The notes beneath the pieces were generated by a model that was not told the origin of the DNA, made no database searches, and was given only the letters and a program-made list of their open reading frames with translations. From positions 1-56,731 of the forward strand of contig JAKIVT010000003.1 of assembly GCA_022750415.1 (NCBI GenBank): a stretch of DNA of 56,731 nt. The letters are read 5' to 3'. The stretch's first letter is position 1. Every line of letters begins with the position of its first letter. The translations under genes were made by a program, and so were the position numbers. The stretch comes from Thermoplasmata archaeon. GTDB taxonomy: Archaea; Thermoplasmatota; Thermoplasmata; Lutacidiplasmatales; UBA184. Below, piece after piece: positions 27,861-36,517 of this stretch.

Positions 27861-27883
27861 GCGCCCGAGGTAGGCGCGGCCCG

Positions 27884-28270
27884 ATGCGCACGAAGCAGGT
27901 CGAGAGCGTTCTCCGTCTCGACGTGGTCACGCTCGTGCCCCGCCCGGCCGTGTACCTCTCCTACGACGGGCTCGGCGGTCTCTCGCAGCGCCCCATTCTC
28001 CGCGACCTCGTCGAGGAACTGCACCGGCAAGGACCAAACGTCCTGAAGGACTTCCTCGTCTCCCTCCGCAAGACCCACTCCGGACAGGTCCACGTCTACT
28101 TCGCCGACTACGTCAGCTACGGGATCGGCGGCGGCGACGCGACGGCGGAGTTCTTCTTCGGCACGTTCCTCGTCCTCCACGAACCCGCCTCCGCGACCGA
28201 GCCCGAGCAGCTCGTGTTGCAGCGCCCGAGCGGGACCGAGCGGCTCTCCCTCGAAGGCGCCCCGAACTAA
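27884..28270 (+). CDS. hypothetical protein (128 aa)
   Basis: Balanced, non-Arg-biased composition, its own TATA at the canonical distance, and a T5 run after the stop. No family recognised. Confidence 0.5.
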   Translation: MRTKQVESVLRLDVVTLVPRPAVYLSYDGLGGLSQRPILRDLVEELHRQGPNVLKDFLVSLRKTHSGQVHVYFADYVSYGIGGGDATAEFFFGTFLVLHEPASATEPEQLVLQRPSGTERLSLEGAPN

Positions 28271-28289
28271 CCCCGCTCCGACGCCATCC

Positions 28290-28294
28290 TTTTT
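28290..28294 (+). terminator. oligo-T tract (T5) after the 27884 ORF
   Basis: CCTTTTTCCCC lies 20 nt past the TAA. Oligo-T is the usual archaeal termination signal, and T-runs are rare in this window. Confidence 0.3.
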
Positions 28295-28321
28295 CCCCGC
28301 CTCGGCTCCCGTCGGCCGAGC

Positions 28322-29803
28322 ATGGCCGAGGAAGAGTCCCGGCTCATCGCCGAGCGGCGCCGGAAGCTCGGCCTCGTCCGCGCCTCCGGGCGGTCCGCCT
28401 ACCCCTACCGGTTCGGCGACGTCGTGGCGACGGGCACGGTCGCGGCGGCGGCTCGCGCCTTGGAGCCCGGGGCCGACGACGTCGGTCAGACGTTCTCGGT
28501 CGCCGGACGGCTCGGGGCGATCCGTCAGCACGGCAAGAGCGCCTTTCTCGACTTGAACGACCGGGACGGGTCGATCCAGTTGTTCGCCCGCGTGGACGAA
28601 CTCGGGGAGGCCGGCTACCAGTCCATGCTCGACGAGCTCGACCCCGGCGACATCGTCGGCGCCGTCGGCCATCCGGTCCGGACCAAGCGGGGCGAGCCGT
28701 CCCTCCGTGTCAAGCACATCGAACTGCTCGCGAAGGCGTTGCGCCCTCCTCCGGAGAAATGGCACGGCCTCCAGGACGAGGAGGCGCGGATCCGCCGCCG
28801 ACATGTGGACTTGTTCGCCTCGAGCGAGTCCCGCGCCCGGTTCCGGGCGCGCTCGCTCTTGACCGCCGGGTTGCGGACGTTCCTTACCGAGGCCGGATTC
28901 CTCGAGGTCGAAACGGGTGTCCTCTCTCCGGTGGCGAGCGGAGCGGCGGCCCGTCCGTTCGTGACCCGCTCGCACTATCTCGACGACGAGCTTCGTCTGC
29001 GGGTCGCCCTCGAACTTCAGCTGAAACGCCTCCTCGTCGGAGGACTCGAGCGGGTCTTCGAGCTCGGTCCGGTCTTCCGCAACGAGGACCTCGATTCGAC
29101 CCACACGCCCGAGTTCACGATGATGGAGTGCTACTGGGCGTACGCCGACTACCTCGACATGCGAGGTCTCGTCGAGCGACTGTACGGGCGCCTCGCCGAG
29201 GTCGCGGCCGCCGCGCTCCCCGATGTCCCCGCCGCCCAGGCTGCGGCGGAGGTGTTCCGGGCTCCGTTCGACGTCGTCGACTATGTCGAGACCCTGGAGC
29301 GCCGGATGGGAGTGGACCACCTCCTCGAGAAGCCCATCGAGGAGCTCCGGACGCTCGCCCGGGCGACGGGCGCCCCTATCACCGGCGATGCCCCCGCCGC
29401 GAAGTGCTTCGACAAGCTGTTCGACCGCCACGTGGAACCGACCCTGATCCGGCCGACGTTCGTAATGGATTACCCGACGGTCACGAGCCCGCTCGCCAAA
29501 GCCCACCGGAGCCGGCCAGGACGGATCGAGCGGTTCGAGCTGTTCTACCGAGGGTTCGAGCTCGGGAACGCGTACTCCGAGCTGAACGACCCGGAGGAAC
29601 AACGCCGGCGATTCCTCGAGCAGGCGGGGGACGACCCCGACACGAACTTCGCCTACGACGAGGAGTTCGTCGAGGCCCTCGAGCACGGGATGCCGCCGGC
29701 GGCCGGGCTCGGCATCGGCGTCGACCGGATGGCGATGGCGCTGACCGGGGCGACGTCGATCAAGGACGTCGTGCTCTTCCCGCCGGCGCGCCGCCGGACT
29801 TAA
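28322..29803 (+). CDS. lysS: lysyl-tRNA synthetase, class II
   Basis: N-terminal OB anticodon-binding domain. Class II motif 2 FRNEDLDSTHTPEFTMMECYWAYADY. Motif 3 GMPPAAGLGIGVDRMAMALTG. Confidence 0.92.
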   Translation: MAEEESRLIAERRRKLGLVRASGRSAYPYRFGDVVATGTVAAAARALEPGADDVGQTFSVAGRLGAIRQHGKSAFLDLNDRDGSIQLFARVDELGEAGYQSMLDELDPGDIVGAVGHPVRTKRGEPSLRVKHIELLAKALRPPPEKWHGLQDEEARIRRRHVDLFASSESRARFRARSLLTAGLRTFLTEAGFLEVETGVLSPVASGAAARPFVTRSHYLDDELRLRVALELQLKRLLVGGLERVFELGPVFRNEDLDSTHTPEFTMMECYWAYADYLDMRGLVERLYGRLAEVAAAALPDVPAAQAAAEVFRAPFDVVDYVETLERRMGVDHLLEKPIEELRTLARATGAPITGDAPAAKCFDKLFDRHVEPTLIRPTFVMDYPTVTSPLAKAHRSRPGRIERFELFYRGFELGNAYSELNDPEEQRRRFLEQAGDDPDTNFAYDEEFVEALEHGMPPAAGLGIGVDRMAMALTGATSIKDVVLFPPARRRT

Positions 29804-29809
29804 AGGGAC

Positions 29810-30847
29810 CTACAGCTCGCGGCGGATCCGCTCGTCGCGCTCGCGGTAGACGACGAAGCCGCCGAGCGCCGCGCCCATCGCGACCGACGCTGCGATCAGG
29901 TAGATTGGGCCGCTCCCGACGATCGCCGTCGGAACGAAGGGGACGCTCGGCGCGTAGAGGTCGAACGAGAGCGAACCGGCGGCGGCGGTCGGGCCCTGGG
30001 GGCCGGCGAGGACGAGGTCCACTCCACCGGCCGGGTTGAGTCGGGCTCCGCTGACCGCGGGGGCGGTCGACCCGTTCGTGACGGACGGCGACCAGCCAAT
30101 CGAGGAGACCGCTCCCGAGCTTCCGTCGGCCTCGACGCCAACGAGACCTCCGTTCCAGGTCACCTGATTTTGGCCGAGCGTCGTCCCGCCACAGCTCGGG
30201 GCGAGAAGCACGGTGTCGGTCGTGCACGATTGCGACATCGGGGCGCCCGATGCCCCGAACGAGAAGACAACCCCGACGAGGTCATCCGGCTGAGCGAGCG
30301 GCCAGTTGGACACCGTCCAGCCCACCAGGAGGGACGAGCCCGAGGACGTGGAGGCCCCTGGGGCGAGGTCCACCCGAAGTTCGGCGAATCCGAAGGAGGC
30401 GCCGGGGGTCCGACCGGAATTGGGCGTGGCGTTCCAGAACGGGCCGGTCGTCGGCCGGACAGCCAGGTTGGCCGCGAGCGAGAGGGCCCACGGCCCCGTG
30501 GAGGCCGAGGGGCGCGAGCCGTTGAACGAGGTCGCGAGGGTCGGCATCGCCGAGGCCACGACGTTGTAGCTCCCTCCGACCGGGTCGAGCTCGACCACGT
30601 CGGTCGCCGTGAGGAGTGCGTTGACCGAGGTGTTCGCATCCTGGAACAGCTCCACCGACGGTTGGGCCGACGGCAGGACGATCCGGACCCGGCCCGTGTC
30701 GTACGTCGCAAACGCGTGGTTAAAGCTCGGTCCCGGGTCGGCGGCGACCGTCGGTAGCGCCATCAGGCTCGCGGCGACCAGCGCCGCCGCCAGCAGGACC
30801 CACCGGGGAGCGTGGGACGCACCACCGGTCCGAGAGGACTCCGTCAC
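29810..30847 (-). CDS. secreted beta-rich surface protein with C-terminal TM anchor, unknown family
   Basis: Signal-like PRWVLLAAALVAASLMALPTVAA. Ser/Thr/Gly-rich beta-type body. C-terminal IYLIAASVAMGAALGGFVVY plus RERDERIRREL. GTG start. Confidence 0.6.
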   Translation of the reverse strand: MTESSRTGGASHAPRWVLLAAALVAASLMALPTVAADPGPSFNHAFATYDTGRVRIVLPSAQPSVELFQDANTSVNALLTATDVVELDPVGGSYNVVASAMPTLATSFNGSRPSASTGPWALSLAANLAVRPTTGPFWNATPNSGRTPGASFGFAELRVDLAPGASTSSGSSLLVGWTVSNWPLAQPDDLVGVVFSFGASGAPMSQSCTTDTVLLAPSCGGTTLGQNQVTWNGGLVGVEADGSSGAVSSIGWSPSVTNGSTAPAVSGARLNPAGGVDLVLAGPQGPTAAAGSLSFDLYAPSVPFVPTAIVGSGPIYLIAASVAMGAALGGFVVYRERDERIRREL

Positions 30848-30874
30848 GGCCGTTGGGCCTCCCTCCGGGACCCG

Positions 30875-30881
30875 CTATAAT
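30875..30881 (-). promoter_or_regulatory. TATA box (TATTATA, minus sense) of the 30847 gene
   Basis: Centred about 31 nt upstream of GTG 30847. Confidence 0.5.
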
Positions 30882-30911
30882 AACCGTTGTCGAACACGAC
30901 TTGAACCGCCC

Positions 30912-31454
30912 CTACGGATGCAACTCCGACCAGAATCGGAGGAACCGGTCGACGACCGTCTCAGGGAGCGGTGGGAACTGCAACAAGAGGCGGTGGACCT
31001 GCTTCGAGTCGAGGAGACGGACGACGCGTTGGGTCCCTTGGCCCTCGCGAGCGACGACCTTCGCCTCCTCGAGCTTGTGCAGGTAGTACGACAGATTCGA
31101 GCCGGTCGTGCCGAGCGTGGAGCCGAGCTCCGCCGGCCCCGTAGGCCCCTGCAGGTAGAGGTAGAGCACGATCCCGCGCGGGGCGGGCAGCCGGAGGAGC
31201 GCGAGGACCTTCCGGTCGACCTCGGGGATCGGGCCCCCAATTTCCGGAACGACCGCAGGAAAGCAGCACTTGTACCCTCCCTGGAACTGGATGGTGACGA
31301 GTCCCTCCCGTCCCATGCGGTAGAGGTGGTAGTCGAGCGTTCCGATCGGAATCCCGAGACGCCGTCGAATCTCTCGGAGATGGACGCCGGGGTATCGCTG
31401 GATGAAGGTGAGGAGCGCCTCCGCCCACGAGGCGCGGACCGGCTCCTCCCCCAA
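30912..31454 (-). CDS. transcriptional regulator with two winged-helix (ArsR/MarR-like) domains
   Basis: Two wHTH-like units: LTFIQRYPGVHLREIRRRLGIPIGTLDYHLYRMGREGLV and LALLRLPAPRGIVLYLYLQGPTGPAELGSTLGTTGSNLSYYLHKLEEAKVV. Confidence 0.7.
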   Translation of the reverse strand: MGEEPVRASWAEALLTFIQRYPGVHLREIRRRLGIPIGTLDYHLYRMGREGLVTIQFQGGYKCCFPAVVPEIGGPIPEVDRKVLALLRLPAPRGIVLYLYLQGPTGPAELGSTLGTTGSNLSYYLHKLEEAKVVAREGQGTQRVVRLLDSKQVHRLLLQFPPLPETVVDRFLRFWSELHP

Positions 31455-31472
31455 TCGTGCCTCCGGAGGACG

Positions 31473-31745
31473 TCACCGGACCAGGGTCGCAACGAAGAGG
31501 ACGACGAGCAGCGCGGCCTCGAACGCCGCGCTCACGAGGAGCAGGGTTGCATCCCCCCAGCCCCCCTCAAAAAGTCCGATCCCGACGACGACGCCCTGGA
31601 CGGCGATCAGGAGGAATCCGAGCGCGACCAGAGCCATCCTCGGCGACCGGACCCGGTGGAAGGCGAGGAGCGCGAGGCCGGTCAGGACCGCGCCAAAGAC
31701 GGCGATTCCGGCGAAGGCGACGTTGAGGATCGGCCCGAGGTCCAT
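31473..31745 (-). CDS. small three-TM membrane protein
   Basis: About 90 aa with three hydrophobic helices, immediately upstream of the wHTH gene on the same strand. ATG 31745 is preferred over 31772 because the latter lies inside the TATA element. Confidence 0.55.
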   Translation of the reverse strand: MDLGPILNVAFAGIAVFGAVLTGLALLAFHRVRSPRMALVALGFLLIAVQGVVVGIGLFEGGWGDATLLLVSAAFEAALLVVLFVATLVR

Positions 31746-31770
31746 GCGACCATCGGCCATCGGCCTCCCC

Positions 31771-31777
31771 ATTTATA
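31771..31777. promoter_or_regulatory. single bidirectional TATA element (ATTTATA / TATAAAT)
   Basis: Lies about 33 nt upstream of ABC gene ATG 31807 and about 29 nt upstream of ATG 31745 on the other strand. It is the only AT-rich element between the two genes. Confidence 0.5.
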
Positions 31778-31806
31778 CCGCCACGCCTCCGTCGGTACCG
31801 CACCCA

Positions 31807-32613
31807 ATGCGCGGCGGACGCCCCGAGGTCGACGGCGTTCCGCTCGTGGTGGACCAACTCGAAGTACGGTACGGCGAGCGCACGGCCGTCCGTTCGGTCT
31901 CCTTCCGGGTCGGGCCGGGGGAGATCTTCGGGCTCCTCGGGTCGAACGGGGCCGGCAAGACGAGCACGATCAAGTCGATCCTCGGGCTCGTCCCGCGCTC
32001 CGGCGGAACCATCCGGGTCTTCGGCGAGGATCCGGCCGTGGATTCGGTGCCGGTTCGCGCCAACGTGGGCTACGTGCCGGAATCCACCTTGCTCTACGAT
32101 GCGCTCACGCCCCGGGAATTCCTGGAATACGTCAGCGGCGTGCGCGGGCTTCCGGCCGAACGGGTCGCGACCCGCGCCGCCGCGTTCGCCAAAGCGTTCC
32201 GCCTCGAGGAGGAGTTCGACACGCCGATCGTCGCGCTTTCGAACGGGACCCGGCAGAAGGTCGTCGTGGTGGCGGCCCTGCTCCACGAGCCGGGGCTCCT
32301 CCTGTTCGATGAGCCGTTCAACCACCTCGACCCCCGGTCCGTCCGGCTCCTGAAGGAGGTGCTGCGCGGGTACGTGGAGGGCGGACACCGGGGCGTGCTG
32401 TTCTCGACCCACACGACCGAGCTCGCGGAACAGGTGTGCGACCGGGTGGCCATCGTCGACGCCGGCCGGGTCGTCGCCGAGGGAACGCTCGCCGAGCTCC
32501 GCCAGAAGGTCGACGGTGGGCCGGCGACCCTCGAACAGATCTTCCTTCGGCTGACCGACGAGGAGGAAGGGATCCGGGAGGCTGCCCGCAGCATTCGCAC
32601 GGAGGAGCGGTGA
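31807..32613 (+). CDS. ABC transporter ATP-binding protein
   Basis: Walker A GSNGAGKTS, Q-loop, signature-like LSNGTRQKV, Walker B LLLFDEP, H-loop STH. Confidence 0.9.
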   Translation: MRGGRPEVDGVPLVVDQLEVRYGERTAVRSVSFRVGPGEIFGLLGSNGAGKTSTIKSILGLVPRSGGTIRVFGEDPAVDSVPVRANVGYVPESTLLYDALTPREFLEYVSGVRGLPAERVATRAAAFAKAFRLEEEFDTPIVALSNGTRQKVVVVAALLHEPGLLLFDEPFNHLDPRSVRLLKEVLRGYVEGGHRGVLFSTHTTELAEQVCDRVAIVDAGRVVAEGTLAELRQKVDGGPATLEQIFLRLTDEEEGIREAARSIRTEER

Positions 32614-34283
32614 GCGAACCGACGGCCCGAACGATCTACCGCGCCGGCTGGAAGGAGCTCCGCTTCCAGGCGACGTACGCCGTCCGCTCGGGAAACCCGG
32701 CCCCCGACGGCGACCCGAGCCAGTTCTCCAAGAAGGCCCGCTCGCGGGTCATCCTGAGCCAGGCGGCGGCGAGCGGGTTCCTTGCCCTCGTTGTTCTCGG
32801 AGGGGTCGGATTGCTGAGCGACTCTCTCGAGACCTTCATCGCCGGTCCGGCCCTCCCGAGGGTCCTCTACGTGGCCTGCGTCCTCGGCGGCCTCTTCATC
32901 CTCCAGCTTGGGCTCCTCTGGTGGCTCGGACTCCAGTTCCTTCCTACCTTCCTCTCCTCCTCGATCGTCCCGGTATTGCGCACGCTACCGCTCCGGGCCG
33001 CGACCATCGACCGGGTCGCCCTGCTCCTCCTCCTTCGATTGTTCGACGCCCCGTCCTTGACCTGCCTCATCCTCACCCCGCTTGGGGTCGGGCTCGCCCT
33101 CGGCTCGCTCTGGGCCGGCCTCGCCGTGATCCCGGCGGAGGTGACGGTCGTCGTGCTCGCGCTCGCGTTCGCGGTCGCCACCGGCCGGTTCTTCGTCCGC
33201 AGCGTCCTCGGATCGCCCGGTGGCCACCGGGCCATGGTGATCCGGTGGGCGTACCTCGTCCTCTGGGGAACCCCGGCGTTCGCGCTCTTTGGGTTCGTCG
33301 CCCTTGCCCCTCGGTTCCTCAACTTCGTGAGCAACCTCTCCTTCTACGGCCCGGCCACCGAGCTCGGGAGCCTCCTCGCGATCTACCCGTTCGCCTTCGC
33401 CCTGCTTCCCGCCCTATCGGCATCTCCCGGAGCGGCCGCGGCCGTGCCGGTCCCGGGAGGACTTCTCGGCGTGGTCGGCCTGATGGCCCTCTACGCGATC
33501 CCCGTCGGCTTCGCGGGACGATGGCTCCTGACCGCGCCGGGCAAGCTCGCGTCCCTCACGACCCCCGGGCAAGTCCGGGGCGAGGCGCCGCGGGCGGTCC
33601 GAGTGCGTCCGGCTCCGCTCGCCATCCTGGTGAAGGACCTCCGACTCGCGTCCCGGACCCCCGGGTTCGCCTTCCTGATCCTGATCCCGTTGGGGGACGC
33701 CACGCTGCTCGGCCTCTGGACGGCGTTCTCCCCGCTCGGCACCGCCAACCCCGCCCAACTCGCCGAAGCGGCCGTGGCCTCCGCCGCCCTCCTCGCCACC
33801 TTCTTTGGCCCGGCGTTTTTCGCCATTGAAGTCATGAGCTACTCGTACGCCCGGTCGCTTCCGCTCACGGGACGGAACTTGCTCATCGGCAAGACGACCC
33901 TGATCCTGATGCTCTACGCGATCGCGGCTTCCGTCGTTCTGCTGCTGACCCTCCTCCGCTACTTCCAGCCGCTCGAGTTCGGGGCGTTTCTCCTCGCCGA
34001 GGTCCCGGCCGTCGCGGCGGCCGCCTTGTTCCAACTCGGGATCCTGCTCTGGGTCGCCCGACGCCGGGGACTCCCGATCGTGAACCTCTACACCGGGGCG
34101 TTCTGGCTCGCGGGCGTGAGCCTTCCGGGGTTGTTCGTGGCGGGGACTCCGCTCGCGCTCTTCGTCCTCCTCTCCCCGTCGGGGCTCGGGCGGGCGCTGT
34201 CCGTGATGGGGGCGGTCGCCGTCGTGGAATTCGTCCTGGTGGCGTCGGCCACACTGACCCGGTTCCGGGGCGCCGCCGCGTAG
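32610..34283 (+). CDS. polytopic ABC-associated permease-like membrane protein
   Basis: 557 aa with more than 12 hydrophobic segments. The GTG start overlaps the ATPase stop (GTGA). The family assignment comes from context only. Confidence 0.6.
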   Translation: MSEPTARTIYRAGWKELRFQATYAVRSGNPAPDGDPSQFSKKARSRVILSQAAASGFLALVVLGGVGLLSDSLETFIAGPALPRVLYVACVLGGLFILQLGLLWWLGLQFLPTFLSSSIVPVLRTLPLRAATIDRVALLLLLRLFDAPSLTCLILTPLGVGLALGSLWAGLAVIPAEVTVVVLALAFAVATGRFFVRSVLGSPGGHRAMVIRWAYLVLWGTPAFALFGFVALAPRFLNFVSNLSFYGPATELGSLLAIYPFAFALLPALSASPGAAAAVPVPGGLLGVVGLMALYAIPVGFAGRWLLTAPGKLASLTTPGQVRGEAPRAVRVRPAPLAILVKDLRLASRTPGFAFLILIPLGDATLLGLWTAFSPLGTANPAQLAEAAVASAALLATFFGPAFFAIEVMSYSYARSLPLTGRNLLIGKTTLILMLYAIAASVVLLLTLLRYFQPLEFGAFLLAEVPAVAAAALFQLGILLWVARRRGLPIVNLYTGAFWLAGVSLPGLFVAGTPLALFVLLSPSGLGRALSVMGAVAVVEFVLVASATLTRFRGAAA

Positions 34284-34356
34284 CCCCGGCCGGGTCCGAG
34301 CCCCGGACCGACCCGGCGGGCCGGAGTCCGGCGGGGCGCGGGCCGATGGGCCGTGC

Positions 34357-35442
34357 TCAGGGACCCGGTCGTCGGACCGCGAGCAGCGCCGGCGCCCCGG
34401 CGCCGTCGGGCCCGAGGGCCGACGAGCCGAAGGTCAAGGGCCACGGCGCCGGGAAGCAGAACAGGTCCTTCATCGGCGGGTGGAGGGTCCAGCTGTCGTT
34501 GGGATTCCCCGTGCCGTTCAGGCCGAGCAGCCACTCGGTCGTGGTCAGCAGGTTGTAGTGGGTGTAGTTGTACGTCGAATTGTAGCCGGGGCAGGCGTAG
34601 GGGCTCACCGCGGCCGTGTAGACGTGGCCCCCCCCGGTCGTCCCGTTGGCCCCGAGGGTGCTCCCGGGGCTCCCCTCGTCGTAGGTAACGAAGAACACGG
34701 AGCTCTGGAAGAACGAGTCGTTGATCAGCGGGGACATCCAGGTGCGCAGGAAGGTGTCGCACACGTGGATGTTGGAGTCCCAGCACTCGTTCGTGATGTT
34801 CGGCGAGAAGAACCCGTAGTTGGGGGTCTGGTTGCGCGCGACGTCCCGGTTCCACTTGGAGAACCCGACGTCGTGGGCTTGGCAGTACGATTGGTTCCCC
34901 CAGATGTCCGCGTAGTAGACGAACGGATTGTGCGCCGCCCGATACTGATGCCCAGCGGATTGGTCGCAGGGGTACGGCATGCCCTGGAAGAACGCATCCC
35001 AGGTGAGGTTCGGGGAGCGGGCGTTCAGGAGGTCGACGACGTTGCGGAGTTTCATCACGTGCTGGTAGTTGTTCGCGACCCCCGACGTCGACGCGGTGTA
35101 GGCCGGGAACGAGTAGTGCTCGATCGAATAGAAATTTCCGGCGAACGCGTACTTGTGCGCCAGGTACCGCTCGAACGGAGCATGGGACATCACGAACGGC
35201 TCGTCCCGGTTCTCCAGAAAGACGAGGAACACATGGCAGATGGGCGTCGTCAGGTTCAACGTCGGGCAGGCGGACTGGACCGACCCTGAGGCGCGGCCGT
35301 TCCCCGCCGGGGTCCCGGTCGGGAACGGGACGACCAGAAGGAGCCCGACGGCGGCGAGGCCGGCGAGGAGGCCCCCGAGCCCGCGCGAGAGATTCCCACG
35401 TCCGGCCCTTCGACCGGTTCGCCCGCCCCGCTTTGCCTTCAT
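34357..35442 (-). CDS. secreted phosphoesterase-family enzyme (phospholipase C / acid phosphatase AcpA-like)
   Basis: Signal/TM, then HVFLVFLENR..., ...PNLTWDAFFQGMP..., ...HNPFVYY..., ...PNYGFFSPN...C...D..., ...VFFVTYDEGS... resembles the PF04185 phosphoesterase layout. Confidence 0.65.
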   Translation of the reverse strand: MKAKRGGRTGRRAGRGNLSRGLGGLLAGLAAVGLLLVVPFPTGTPAGNGRASGSVQSACPTLNLTTPICHVFLVFLENRDEPFVMSHAPFERYLAHKYAFAGNFYSIEHYSFPAYTASTSGVANNYQHVMKLRNVVDLLNARSPNLTWDAFFQGMPYPCDQSAGHQYRAAHNPFVYYADIWGNQSYCQAHDVGFSKWNRDVARNQTPNYGFFSPNITNECWDSNIHVCDTFLRTWMSPLINDSFFQSSVFFVTYDEGSPGSTLGANGTTGGGHVYTAAVSPYACPGYNSTYNYTHYNLLTTTEWLLGLNGTGNPNDSWTLHPPMKDLFCFPAPWPLTFGSSALGPDGAGAPALLAVRRPGP

Positions 35443-35616
35443 CGGGGATTCCTTCGCGAACCGAGTATAAGGCCCGTCGATACCTCGATAGTGAGCCCGT
35501 ATCCACCGTGGTGCCCGGTAACCTTCCGGCCGGGCGAGTGTCCCGGGGTCGAGGTGTCCCGACGTCCGGCGACCCCCTCCGGGGGTCGAGCGGGGACCCG
35601 CGGTCCGGTCGAGGGT

Positions 35617-36402
35617 TCAGAGCTTCGCGGACGCGGAGAGCTGGCTCCCGGGCCCTACGGAGTCGGGGTCGCCGGGGGTGGTGGCGGGCGCTGCAACGGA
35701 CACTGTCCCAGAGGGTCCAAGGGACGGGGGGAGGCCCCCCGCGTCGAGAACTCGGAAATCATCCCCGGCCCGGAGGTCGGTCGACCCGGTCGCTCGGGCG
35801 CAACGGAGCCGCATCGGCTCCTCCCCCCCGTCGGCGTCGAGCACGTCGAAGACGACGTCGAACACGGCGAGGTCCCGCCGGGGGGTCCGGTCGGTGGCCA
35901 GCACGACGGAGACACCGAACCGCTTCTGGACCTCCATGAGCCGCCCGGTCACGTCGGGAATGTCCGGGAACCGGCGGGCCACGATCCAACCGTTGGCGAT
36001 GAGGATCGCCATCGGGTGGCGAATCGGGAACCGGCGGCGCAACGCCTGCTCCGAGGCCTCGGGAGCGGCCAAGAACTCCGCCAGGTTCGAGAGGATTTCC
36101 TGCGGGCGGTCCGCCCGGACGATCGGCCACGGGGCGAGCAGATTCACCGGCTCCCCTGCGGCCTCCGGTTCCGGCGCGAGGGAGATCAGGTGCCGCTCGG
36201 GGGCCACCCGATCCTCCCAACGGACCGCCCCCGGGGTCGACGCCCCAGCTCCGGGGCGAATCTCGAGGAGAGCGAGCTCGGGGTCCATCGAGGCGGCCAC
36301 GGCGTACCCGGCGAGGTTCGAGGCCGTCGGGTCGGCTCCGCGGACCACGACATGGGTCGGCGCTCGGAATTCCGGGAGCGCCGGGTCGAATTCGATGGGC
36401 AT
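35617..36402 (-). CDS. hypothetical cytoplasmic protein (261 aa)
   Basis: Start set at ATG 36402 (MPIEFDP), with a CATATG-containing AT patch 29-38 nt upstream. The alternating beta-strand-like hydrophobic runs (HVVVRG, MAILIANGWIV, VSVVLATD) are reminiscent of a P-loop/RecA-type fold, but no Walker A is visible. No family recognised. Confidence 0.45.
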   Translation of the reverse strand: MPIEFDPALPEFRAPTHVVVRGADPTASNLAGYAVAASMDPELALLEIRPGAGASTPGAVRWEDRVAPERHLISLAPEPEAAGEPVNLLAPWPIVRADRPQEILSNLAEFLAAPEASEQALRRRFPIRHPMAILIANGWIVARRFPDIPDVTGRLMEVQKRFGVSVVLATDRTPRRDLAVFDVVFDVLDADGGEEPMRLRCARATGSTDLRAGDDFRVLDAGGLPPSLGPSGTVSVAAPATTPGDPDSVGPGSQLSASAKL

Positions 36403-36517
36403 CGTCCCCCTCTGTTGCCACCCGGACCCCACCCATATGCCCGCACGATACACCCTAACCGCCTCGATACGGGGGTCCGGTCACGGAACCGGGTTCGACG
36501 CGCCGTGGAACGGCGGT

